In this document: positions 18,441-29,180 of the stretch, one piece after another | How the letters are laid out: every line of letters begins with the position of its first letter | How positions within the stretch are numbered: the first letter of the stretch is position 1 | Origin: Klebsormidium nitens | Taxonomy: Eukaryota; Plantae; Klebsormidiophyceae | Reading direction: 5' to 3' | DNA: 64,000 nt | NCBI GenBank assembly: GCA_000708835.1 | Contig: DF237208.1 | Coordinates: forward strand, 1-64,000 | Program-made: the position numbers and the translations under genes | Notes under the pieces: model-generated | Told to the model about the DNA's origin: nothing | Seen by the model: only the letters and a program-made list of their open reading frames with translations | Databases searched by the model: none

Positions 18441-20058
18441 CTACAGGTACTTCTTTGCCAACATGCGGACGCGGGCGTCGAACTGAGGGGAGGTGATCTT
18501 TGACCCAGGGACGTAGAGGGGGTTCAGTAAGATCTGCATGAGAGGGAGCCAGGACTTAGCAAGCCTGTGCGCTGGGCATGCTGGAGAGCACGTTGCGGCA
18601 GGCAGAAAATGGAATCCACCTTGCGGTGTGCATAACAGATTGTCTTACTTATCCTGGTCTGCAACAAAAACCGTAAGTTAGGAACTTGGCGTTTCGCTAC
18701 TACCGACCCAAACCGGCTCTGGCGATCAGTCCTGCAATCAGAGGGTCATTGTGTGTACTCGTGAGTCTACCGACCCAAACCGGCTCTGGCGATCAGTCCT
18801 GCAATCAGAGGGTCATTGTGTGTACTCGTGAGTCTCAGCCATCAGTCCGGGGAAACGATCGCTGGGGTGAACCCCAGGGGATCCATTGAGAACCCCCGAT
18901 CACCTTTCATTGCTTATGGTGGGTCAACCGGCGCGCTCTTACCTTGATGTACAACTCGTGCACTTCTTGAAAGAAGTTTTTGATCCCGTCCTCGCTCTTG
19001 AGGTCGTGCAGCAGCATCAGCTTTGCCTGCCCCGCCGTGACATAGGTCGACACAAACAGGTCGCCGAACTTGTCCACGACCTTCAGATACCTGTACATGC
19101 GACGTGCTTAGCACTCGGCATGCCCAAGAAGAAGTGGCTTATAGAGCAGGAGTGGTTCTCCTGGCTGAGACCAATGCAAAGCGAAGGGGATAAGGGCCTT
19201 CATTCCACCTTGATGTAGGTCCATACTATTCAATGGCATTCCGTGTCCTATGGTATGACAGGATAAAGCTCCCAATTGGGCCCGTCTTGAAAGAGATTCA
19301 GACGCACCGACTGCCCACTTTGCTACTGTAGCTCTGAGACTGTTTGCGTGCAAGACAAATAGTTCCACCCCCACGCGTAACGCAGATCTTATTTCAGAAC
19401 GTGCACTCCTTCTTTGCCGGTGTCTAAATCTTCTCCGTTCAGCTTAAAGAACACAAGTGATGAAATGCAGGCCTGAATAATCCATAAGCTTCAACCCATC
19501 TTCTCTGCGAACAAATGAGTGATTCTGCTCTTTGATGAATACTGAGCCAGGCATCCCTTACATGTTCTGAGTAGTCCAGACCACATCTTGAACTATGTCC
19601 ATTGATGCGTGAAGCACGAACTGGTGCAAGTGCGCCGCCTCATCTTTCTGCACAAAAAAGGAGCAGTTGTGGCATCATGACTTAAAAAACGCCTTATCTC
19701 TGGGCACCAAGGACCCTGCTGACAATAGAAGACCAAAGTCCCCAAGCAAAAGATCCAGTCTGTAACAAACACCTCCGTAATTGATGTCAACCTGCTTTTA
19801 CAAATCAGGGTGGCTTAACCATCATCTGGAATGTGCCTAGTGAACCCTGAACTTCAGTATGTAGAATTTCCCCAGTATAAATGCAGATCAGGGACTCTGT
19901 CGTCCGGACAAGAATGAAAAGGTCTCTGTACATAGGAACGTGACAACAAATGAAGCTCCACGCCTTTTGAAACTTACCCTGGGCCCACTTCCGACCTCAC
20001 TCTCATAGATAGGGCTGTCGTTCTTCCCAACAATTACAAAGCACGCGGTGGTAGCCAT
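18441..20058 (-). CDS. TRS20: TRAPP complex subunit 2 (Sedlin/Trs20), 135 aa
   Basis: Exons 20058-19978, 19647-19562, 19090-18943, 18533-18441 (408 nt). Translation: [19 protein letters not shown]...[30 protein letters not shown]...[18 protein letters not shown]...[13 protein letters not shown]. Confidence 0.96.
18700..18835. repeat. Perfect 67-bp tandem duplication in TRS20 intron 3
   Basis: CTACCGACCCAAACCGGCTCTGGCGATCAGTCC...GTACTCGTGAGTCT starts at 18700 and again at 18767. Confidence 0.95.
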
Positions 20059-20980
20059 GAATAGCGAAACCACCTCAGTGCCTCATCCCTTACTATCCGT
20101 CTGATGTCAAGCGCGCTCTTGCCCGATATCCTTGCTCAGAGATCTAACCAGTGATGGAATCAAGGGTCACCAGATTTTTGAAGCGAAAGCGCCGCCAACA
20201 GAGCTGAAGCAGCAACATTCAGCTCACGCTTGCTTGACTTGTTCCTCTACTAGACTTTCTGCGGTCGCTATGCAACTTTCTAATCGAATGGAACGCCCGT
20301 CGCCGGCTTTGCAAAGGAAGCGCAAGGAGCCTTGGGCGAGTGTGGATGAGGTGGAGAGGTCTAGGAAGCATACATTGAGACAAGGTGATCCCTTCTTGAA
20401 TGCTTTCTAAGAGTGGGCGCTGCAGACAAGCGCAATTTGTCCAGTCTGCTGGGAAATCTGCTTCCAAGTTCCATTGTCAGGCCGGGCGGGGCCGTAGACG
20501 TTGCCGCTGCTTAGTCGATTGGCCGGAACCCTACTTTGCGTTACGCGCGTTGCCCCAGGAGGTCGAGCTTTGTTTCGAGCTTGCACTAACGCAAGAAGGA
20601 GAGTAACGCCAGCGGTGTAGCATGCTAGCTACAAGGAGCACAGCAAGCATGCCAGGAAAACCCAATGCATTCGTACTAAAGAATGAAAGTGCAATTATCG
20701 AACTGAGGCCAGCTTTATTTCGATTGGCGCTTGCATGTTCTTCTGCCCTGTACCAAGTGCGGAGGAGTTTCTTCTCAGGTTTCCGTTGTCTTCAATGGTG
20801 ACCAAAGCCTTTCTACAGTGTACGTGAAAGCATTGCTGTTTTCCTAACCCGGTCCCTTGAAGAAGCTGGTCTGCTCGCTTGTCCCTAGAATGAGCTTGTC
20901 AATTGGAGAGACTATGCGACTTCTTGCCTTTCTGTCACCAATAGTTGTAGTCTGACCAGGGGTTGCGGGGTTGAGCAACG

Positions 20981-21115
20981 GAGAAACAGAACAAGACTCA
21001 GCAAATTGGGGCAGAAACGAAACGGAGTCTCAAAGTGCCTCTCAACTGAGAAACAGAACAAGACTCAGCAAATTGGGGCAGAAACAAAACGGAGTACTCA
21101 AAGTGCCTCTCAACT
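20981..21115. repeat. Near-perfect 67-bp tandem duplication just upstream of the 21131 acceptor
   Basis: GAGAAACAGAACAAGACTCAGCAAATTGGGGCAGAAAC.AAACGGAGT..CAAAGTGCCTCTCAACT starts at 20981 and 21048. Confidence 0.95.
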
Positions 21116-21135
21116 GACAATCCTTGTCAGCAACC

Positions 21136-23949
21136 ATGTACGTCCGTGACATCATGTGCACAGCGTACTGCGCCTGCGGCCACTGTTGCAACTGGGAGCA
21201 CGGTCTAAAGCTCTTCGGCGGCAACTATCTAGCTCTCCACATGTCCCTGATCAAAGTCGGTGTCAGGAAGCGGAGGAAGGGCGTCAGAGAGCCTGCAATC
21301 ATCGCACGCTACTGGACGAAGAAGGCGCCTGCGAGCCTAGTGGGGAAGGAGTACCTGGGAACGACGTCAATTGGGACATATCCACACGCGGTGAGCGGCG
21401 GGCTGGCTAGCTAGCTGGCTTGGTTGGCAGCTGAGAAGGGGGTGCACTCACACTCCCTCTAGGCGGAGAGGAGTCTTACACTTTGGTTTTTGGAGCTTAA
21501 TCCTGTGCCGTTGATGCAGGATTGCCTACTGCCACTTTTATGGGTTTTGTCTCCGCTTTGTCGCCTTGTTCTGATCCTCTTCAGGGGTAAACTTTCCATG
21601 AATGTGTTGAGAAGGGGCGCTCAAATCCAAATCAGATTGCTCTTGCTGAATTGCTCGAGCAGAACGTGCCTATCCGGGATCGGTTACTGAGGTCTTTCAC
21701 CAGCTCAATTTCTAGGTTGTGCTGACATAGTAGCGAGCTTGCATTTTTCTCCATGTTTCTGTTTGTGTGTAAAAACTTTCGTCAGGCGGACTGGAGTTCA
21801 GCATCAATCTGTCAGAGCTGAGTTGGGAGGGCCTTTTGCCAAAATCTTTCTCACATCCGGACCAATTGTCTGACACCCTTATGACGAAATCCTTGGTGAG
21901 CTCAATGCTGAAACGGTTTGATCAAAGATACCGCCCAAGGTTTGAGTGATCACTTTGCCTTTCTCACTGAGCGCGCTTGGGGATGAACAATTGAAAAGGC
22001 CTGCAATTGCAGGCCTCATACATTTCAGGAGATTCTTCATTGGAACTGGGCTGGAATGCAGATAATTTTGTCCAAGAAGGAATCCCAGTATCAATCTATG
22101 CAGCCCATGCTCTAAGGCACACTGTATTCTTCTCTTGCCCCAAAGGGCACAGAGACCGACCTTACTTGAGTTGCTCTTATTACAGCGCCCGTCTCTTCTT
22201 CTCTTCGTGATTTCCAGCGCACGGCGCCGTCTCTCAGACCCAGCCGATTCTCTGAGCTGAGCCTTCTTTGATCCATTGTAAGGCTCATCGCGATATTCAT
22301 GCACCACAACGCACTCCTCCTTCTTGCAGCCACGACCGCCCTTGTTCTCTCGGGAGAGCATCAAGCGGTGGGAGCGAATACCTTTCCGAATAATCTTCCC
22401 CTGGAGGCTACCACCAAGGTACGGCACACTGGCGGTCGATAAGCGGCACTACCCAATAGGCACCATGATGTATATACCAGGACACGGCTGGGGAAAGGTG
22501 AGCACTGATATTTGTGGATCGTTGTTGAGCGAGTGCTCTTTGCTTCACCAGTTTTCTCCTCCCTTCTATTGATCATGTTGTTGGGGTTTGTCCCTGTTGG
22601 TTTTTAAAGTCTCTCTAGTTTCATGTTCGCGTTGCTAGCCTTCCCTTTTGAGAGACTTCTTCTTTCCTAATCGCCTTTCCTTTATGATAGCCGCCCTTTC
22701 ACTTGTTGTTACCCTCCGCCTGTTGTACTTGCCGTTTGTCGTCCACAGATTCTTTGCCTTGCCTTATCTTACCATTGTAAGCTTCAGTCTCTGGTTCCCA
22801 AGCTGGTTCACAGACTCATTTCTGAGACGCTTCCAGAGGGATTACTTGTAACTTCTTTGTGACGTGCGAATCAGTCCTCCAATGATGCGCGGCAGCTCAC
22901 TTCTGAAGGAAAGTAAGGCGCGCTTGCCCATCGCCCTTTCTGTTTTGGACATTAATGTCTGTCTACCTTTTACGTACGGAGGTAAAGTAAGTTGCTGTCT
23001 ACCTTACGGGGGGACTGCAAGTTGTCTGTTGTAATCAGCGGTGCGGTCTATGGACCAAGGTGCTGCCACGTGGCACGTCGTGGTCGAACCATGCCGCAGA
23101 AACGAAGATGCTCTTAGGCTCTCAGCTCTCGCCCAAGTCGCTGTGGCTAACAGCTGAAATTGTGCCCATTAGCGGCATCTTTCGAACGGACTCTGTCGTT
23201 TCAGTCATGAAGGACCGAAGCAAAGAATGCATCAGAAAACCTCTTGCTACTTGCGGGTGCAAGTGGAAGCGGCACGAGAATGAGATTTCTACAGAACAAA
23301 GGTTCGAGCGAACCACGGAAACCGTTAAGACCCACTCTACTTTCTCTCGGCCCCTTCTCAGGCGGAGGACGCAGGGCAGGCCATCCAAGGCGCCCATCAC
23401 ATCGACTTGTACAAGCCCCCGCACAGCGGGGCGTGGCGGTGGGGGCGACCAATCAAGCGGGTAAGAAGACCGGTTCTTTTCTCTTTTTTCTTCGCTTTGA
23501 AAGGGTCGCTTGGCAGGAGAAGCGGTTGAGAGCTTCTTCCTGTTTCCCCTGTCCGACGGCGTGGTTCTGGTGGCACGAATGCCGGGGCGTTGATACTTTC
23601 TCCAGAAAGGCTGAGCGCGTTTGTGGGCCCTCGAGGCCTCTTGAGCGTAACGATCTTGTTCTAAACTAATCTGGCCTTTGTTTCCGTGTTGGCTGGCATC
23701 AAAGTGCATCGAAGAGGAAACCATCGTGCAGCGCAGAGATGCTGTGCCATGCAGTGGATATTGTCTGCTGGTCACTATTGTCGCAAGCTCATTTGACGCT
23801 ATGCTTGGTTCTCCTTGTCCGGACAGGTGGAGGTTTACCCGCCAGCGGAATGGTCGTGGAGGGAACGGTCCATTGATCGGTGGCGCTTGCCGGGTCCGAT
23901 AAAGAAGATTTGTAAAGGAGTCAACAAGGTTCGAAAATTCCTTTTCTGA
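21136..23949 (+). CDS. 3D (Asp-Asp-Asp, MltA-like double-psi beta-barrel) domain protein with N-terminal Cys cluster, about 214 aa; a possible extra upstream exon at 20270-20384
   Basis: Exons 21136-21390, 22330-22497, 23362-23460, 23827-23949 (all phase 0, GT-AG, 645 nt). Motifs: CTAYCACGHCCNW, GTLAVDKRHYPIGTMMYIPGHGWGKAEDAGQAIQGAHHIDLY and AWRWGR, matching the 3D signature TAY...A.D...P.GT..YIPG.G...A.D.G.AI.G..ID.Y. Confidence 0.85.
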
Positions 23950-25272
23950 GACACGCCGTCCGTGTTTCCAATCCACTCCGTCAATTAAGGCTAGCATGGC
24001 CGAAGGCATGGAGAGTTCTGTACGTCAGGTCGATACTTGACAAAAGACAACCTGGACGCCGAACAAATCAAACAGTTATTGGAAGGGAAAGATGTATTTG
24101 AGCTATATTGAAGTACGTTAGGTTCCAGTGAGGTTGAGCTAAGTGAGCCGCTGATGCGCTTTTTCCGAACCCAAAGCGGCGAGTCGAGACCGTCGCAACC
24201 GGCTAACATGCCAATCCGCAGCTTATTCTTGATACGACCGTCTACCATCTATGACCGCACGGATGCAACTGCTTGCTTCCTTGACCCGTGTACACTAGAA
24301 TCAAGTATACAACGCTGCGGTAAGAATCACCCGGGGACACGTATGCATGGTAATCTGTATAATGGATCTGCATTGAAGAATTTGGTTTGTCATAGCCTTG
24401 CATACACTGACGGTGAGAGAGATCTATGCATGCTCAAATCAAACTTTTGAGTCAAGGGCTTTTCGCATGGTCAAGGATGTCGAAACGTCACCAATACTTG
24501 TCTTGTGGACCCACACTCGTTTCTTGGAACAGATTTCACTTCGTTCGAGACGCGCGCCGGCCGCGTCGAAGCAGATTCTAGCGTTGCACCGTTCACGTAC
24601 GCGGCGCTTTGACGCGTGCATGGCCAACCTGACACCAGCTGTGGGCGGAGTGTTTCCCTGCACACAGAGATTCTGCTTCCTCAACCAGCTTGAGTTTCGG
24701 CGACTCATCTTTGGTTGTCATGGAGCACTGTGCTTCGATCGAGTCGGACACGAACGCGGTCAGGGATCACAGAGCGGTTTTGCTCCCGGACATTGATGCG
24801 TTTTGAAAGACGAGAAACTCCTGTCGTTTGTAGGTCGTGCATGGCCCCCGAGACTTTGCTCGCCCGCTTAACACCGTGACGAAGTCTGCATCGCGGCTTC
24901 CCGTCAAGTCAGCAAGTTGGATTGTCGAGCTTTGAAGCCGAGATTCTTACCTCCAGTAGCCCAACCTCGGTCAATCTTGATTCAACTATTCAACTATCGT
25001 CTAGGCTTGGTACCTTGACCTCGATAATAGAGTTGCAAAAGTCCGTCTTGCTTCAACTATCGAGACTGCACAAGTTGCACCCCGCATTACTAAGTTCAGT
25101 GCTTGGAAACTGCCCACAACTTCCCGCACTTGCAAAAAGCGCCCATCACCAAGAATTGACAGCGAAAGCGCCCACAGAAAGCTCCACCAAACAGAGGACC
25201 AGCAAAGCGCCCACGAAATCTTTCCAGCGCAAACCCCCCCCCCTCCGACAGCTGTCCCTTCACCCCCCCACA

Positions 25273-27025
25273 ATGTGCATCTACGGCACGATCCCCGACC
25301 CCGTGGCGGTCGGCGTGTGGTTCCGGGACGACTACGAGTGGCGCCTCTATGACGTCACCTCCGCGCAGCTGATCAAGACCGCTTACGTGGACGCGGAGAA
25401 GAAGCTGGACCTGACGATCAAGTCGGCGGTCCATACCGGGGGCGCCCGGTACACGGTGGACCTGCGCACCATGCGCCAGACCAACTGCGCGAGTGGGATG
25501 CAGCGCCCGGTGAAGATCAACATGCCGGAGGCGGCCGCGGTGGTGCACGCGAGCAAGGGGGTGCCCATGACGAATGGGGTCCAGGTAAGGGCAGGGGGGA
25601 GAGTTGGTCTTTTGTGTGTTCATTTTTGGGCTGAGGGATGCGGGGGGTGGGACTGCATATATTCTTCATTTCTTGGATGGATTGAGAGGATTCATCTCTG
25701 AATTTTGGTGGGGGGTTTGATTTGGAGCAGTTTTCATGTCTGAAGATGAATGTAAAGGTTTCGTCTTCGCTTGGGAGGCAGAGCTCGAAGTCCCGAAGGA
25801 TGCAATGCGGGGCGAGAGGAGGAGAAAGAAGAGAGTGTGGAACAGCCACGCCATCCCCAGGAAGCTCAAAACCTTTCTCAATCTCAACAGGCCATCCACG
25901 TCTCAAAAAGGAACCGAGAAGCATAGAAGGTGCGCACTAGTCCCAAAAGCAGAAACATAAACGTTCGCCAATCAAAATTGGGGGCTTCAAACAATTGCTT
26001 ATCTGGATACTGGTTGCGTTTCTGATCGCAATTGGTCTGGTTGGCGCAGCCCCAGCGAATGCAGCCCACATCGCTTTAGGATCTTCAATCTCCTGGTGTC
26101 TACGAACCCAGATCCTATGTTTCGTGTTTTTGCCAATGGCGCAAAACGGCGAGCTTGCAGTGTTTCACGGCAGTATTTGAGCACGAAGTACTGGTTCCTG
26201 GTTCGAACAACACACCTTCGGCTGCAACGCTTCTCTACAATCCTTCCGCCCTTCTCTGAAACTATCACAGGGTGCAGCCTACCCATGACACGCAATCAAG
26301 TCAGATACCTTGTCTCGAAGCCGAACGATGCGTTCTCCACGGTTTCGAGTTGAAGCTTACGAAAGTTGTACGACATGTTCGCAAATGCTCACAGAAGCCT
26401 GTACGGGCTGCTTGCAGAGCGCGGACGAGACCAGCGAGCCGGAGAGCGTCATCTCCTCGGAGCTGCCAACCGCCAACGGATATGTCACGGTGAGCATTGC
26501 GTTCTGATCGTATTTTGTCCTGGTTGCCAGCGTTTGCAAAGGGTGAGCAACTTCGCGGGTTCACAAAGACGAGGATGGATTGCTTTGTCCACGAGAACAG
26601 ACAAGAAAGCTGTTTTGTCGTCCGATCTTGGCGCTGCGCTGTAAGTCCTTTTGCACACTCACATTCTGCAATAGACGCAGCTGCTCTCTACGCGGGTCGC
26701 TTTGACACACAGCGTTAATACTCAAGACAGAAATCACGAGGGTCAACTGGATAGCCCTCGAAAAGGGAAACGAGTCTGTGGGTTGAGGTCCTTCAATGTG
26801 TGTCAAAAGTGTCTCGTGGGCGTCCCGTCTTGCAGAAAGGAGTCACGTCTAAGAGCTTGTCATTTGACACGTGGCATGTTTTCATGTGGGCTGTTCGCGG
26901 ATGGAGGGGTTGTCAAGCGCCCTTGTGGGCAATCACTTTCTGAGCCGTTGGAGGGAGCCAACGGCAAACAATTTGGTACACAGGATCTGAGTTCGACTAG
27001 TTCGTCTCAAGTCTCGACCGTATAA
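25273..27025 (+). CDS. Small WWE-domain protein (3' exon structure uncertain)
   Basis: Exon 25273-25584 is strongly GC3-biased and encodes WFRDDYEWRLYD...IKTAY...RYTVDLRTMRQTNCASGMQRPV, the WWE pattern W..Y...I..AY...Y.VDL..M.QTN..SG..R.V. Exon 26418-26489 has AG/GT boundaries. The last exon 26983-27025 is tentative. Confidence 0.7.
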
Positions 27026-28459
27026 AGTGTGGGTCTGACTATCGTACAAGCGATCTGGAAAGCAGAAGCAGCAGGCCCTCTTGTCCTTGCGTCGAGGTCC
27101 AGTCTGTTCCTAAGGATTGAGTTTCCGGAAGTGTTGGGCGCTAACAACAGATTCGTCGACCCTTCGAGTTGCATTAGCGCTGATGCTTCAACTATAGAGG
27201 AACAAACAATTTGAAGCTTGAAGTGCTCACACAGTTACCGAAACATGGTCGGCGTTCGCTTCAAGATCTGGCCATGGCGACAAGCGGGGAGAGCGTTCTG
27301 GAGGCGCGCGTTGCAGAATAAAAATCCTGTAATCGGTTCAATTACAGGTTGCAATGCCAACACGGTCGAATGTTTCTTTCTTATTCTTGCAGGCGCCGGC
27401 AGTTTGAATCACTGGGCTCGAGAAAATTCACGCTGAACAGAATGCTTCCGGTCCAATGCAAAGATACATTGTACATTGGGCTTGTGGAAAGCGGAGTACT
27501 TTGTTAGTCGTAGCATAGGCTCACGACTGGGAAAGCCTCTGACGTAAGATCAGGGACTCTAAAACGTCGACAAGAGACGTGTACACAGGAGCTCGATCAG
27601 CGGCTGCTTTTGTACAGCGGAATAAAAGCAGCGCCATACTTTACGGATTACGTATGGAAACACAACGTATTGTGTCCGAGGGCATCATAAATAGAAGAAA
27701 CCCGAGATGGGGCTGCGGTGGGAGTGAAATTGGCCAGGAAAGCTGTTGACGATCTTGTCGAGTAAAATATCGAGAAGTCGGTTTGCCCACTCGCTTTACG
27801 TTCGTCAAACTTCAAATATGCGCAAATCTATATTGGTTGCTTGATGCTGAACCTTGTCTAAAAGTAACCTGCGCCGACGTCCATAAAACCTCTATCAAAG
27901 TGGGATCGGTTGAGTTTACTCGATGTTGGCGGGGAACGATGCATGTTTGCAACGCTTTTTGGCACGGTCAAATCAATGTGTGACATTGGGCAAATGAAGA
28001 AGCGATTCTGAGCTGGCTTTCAGTGGATCCCTTTGGATAATCGGGAGCGCTGCCAAAGTTCCTTACACAAGATAACGGAAATTGATAGTCGGTGGCATGG
28101 GCAGTCCGCAACCAGCGAGGACGATCCGCAAATTGCAACCCAACCCAATTCTCCGGTTCTCTGCATGTTCATTCGAGCTTCCGATCCTCTCGCCGTACAG
28201 TACTAGCTGACGAAGATACTTTCATTCAAGCCGTCTGTGATTGCTTTGTAAATGTCGTTGGTCGCATCTATCCAGATCTGCCTAATCTCGTGTCTCTGGG
28301 TTGCAAAGAAGAAAGCGCGGCAAGGGTAAAGCCGTCCTACTGTGTCATAACCCTGGCCATCCTGTCGACCAGAGGCTTCATGCAGCCTTTAGGTGCTAGC
28401 ATCTATACGGCGGAGACTCTCAGTCTGCAGACAGTGCTCTCAGGCTTCCGCGCGCCATG

Positions 28460-28600
28460 CTGGCGGCCGCCGTCGGCTAGGTTTCCCGCGGCCGCGCCTA
28501 GCAGCCGCGCGGCACGGCGGTTGCCACGGCTGACGTCAGTAAAGTGGCCAACGTGGCGGCTTCACGGCGCCACGCTGGGCCACGTCGACATGAGTCAGAT
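28460..28600 (+). promoter_or_regulatory. GC-rich island with bZIP-type ACGT elements upstream of the aminotransferase gene
   Basis: TGACGTCA at 28531, ACGTGGC at 28551 and GCCACGT at 28579, 600-650 bp upstream of the ATG at 29181. A telo-box-like TTAGGGTTT lies near 29108. Motif match only. Confidence 0.3.
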
Positions 28601-29180
28601 TCTCGAGAAGCAAGCGCAGCTTCAAAATCTTCGGGCCTGCGCCAATGCAGCCTCACAGGTTGCAACTTCCCTTCCCTCTGGCGTTTTCCTTTGCGCGTCT
28701 ATCCTAGCTAGCATTTGGCGCCATCATTTGTGTGTTCTAGCTCGTGCCTTGGTGTGGTGGATACCAGCGGAAAGTCGACTAAGAGTCCTTGTTCGCTTAG
28801 GCGGTTGTTTGCTGCCTTAAATTGGTTGCTAGCGTTGCGCCTGTTGCCTTGTTCATGTTGCATGGGCTTTGCCCGCAAGCTAGCAGCGGAGACCTTCTAC
28901 TGTGTAGGCGTTATGACAGTGGTGCATGCTTGTATTGGTGGCACCCTCAGGCGTGTTTATTAAAGCTTTTTTAGCTACTGGTGGTTACTGCCTAAAAAAG
29001 GTTTGCAGCGTTGACAGTAGATGCATCAGGGCTGACGTCCGCTATCTTATTAGAAGGGTCCACACCAAGCTCCCATGTACGTGGTGGTCCTTGCGTCAGA
29101 TCTCGTTTTAGGGTTTTCTCAGAGTTGGTGACGCCTTCACTGTCAAGCAGAACTTTGTACGAGCTCAGTAGTTAGGAAGC

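Noticed and set aside
23122-24009. 295-aa minus-strand ORF
   Set aside because: It is an antisense shadow over the 3D gene exons and introns, with no recognisable domain or codon bias.
28092-28820. 242-aa plus-strand ORF
   Set aside because: It starts at GTG, spans a GC-rich promoter-like island and has no recognisable domain.
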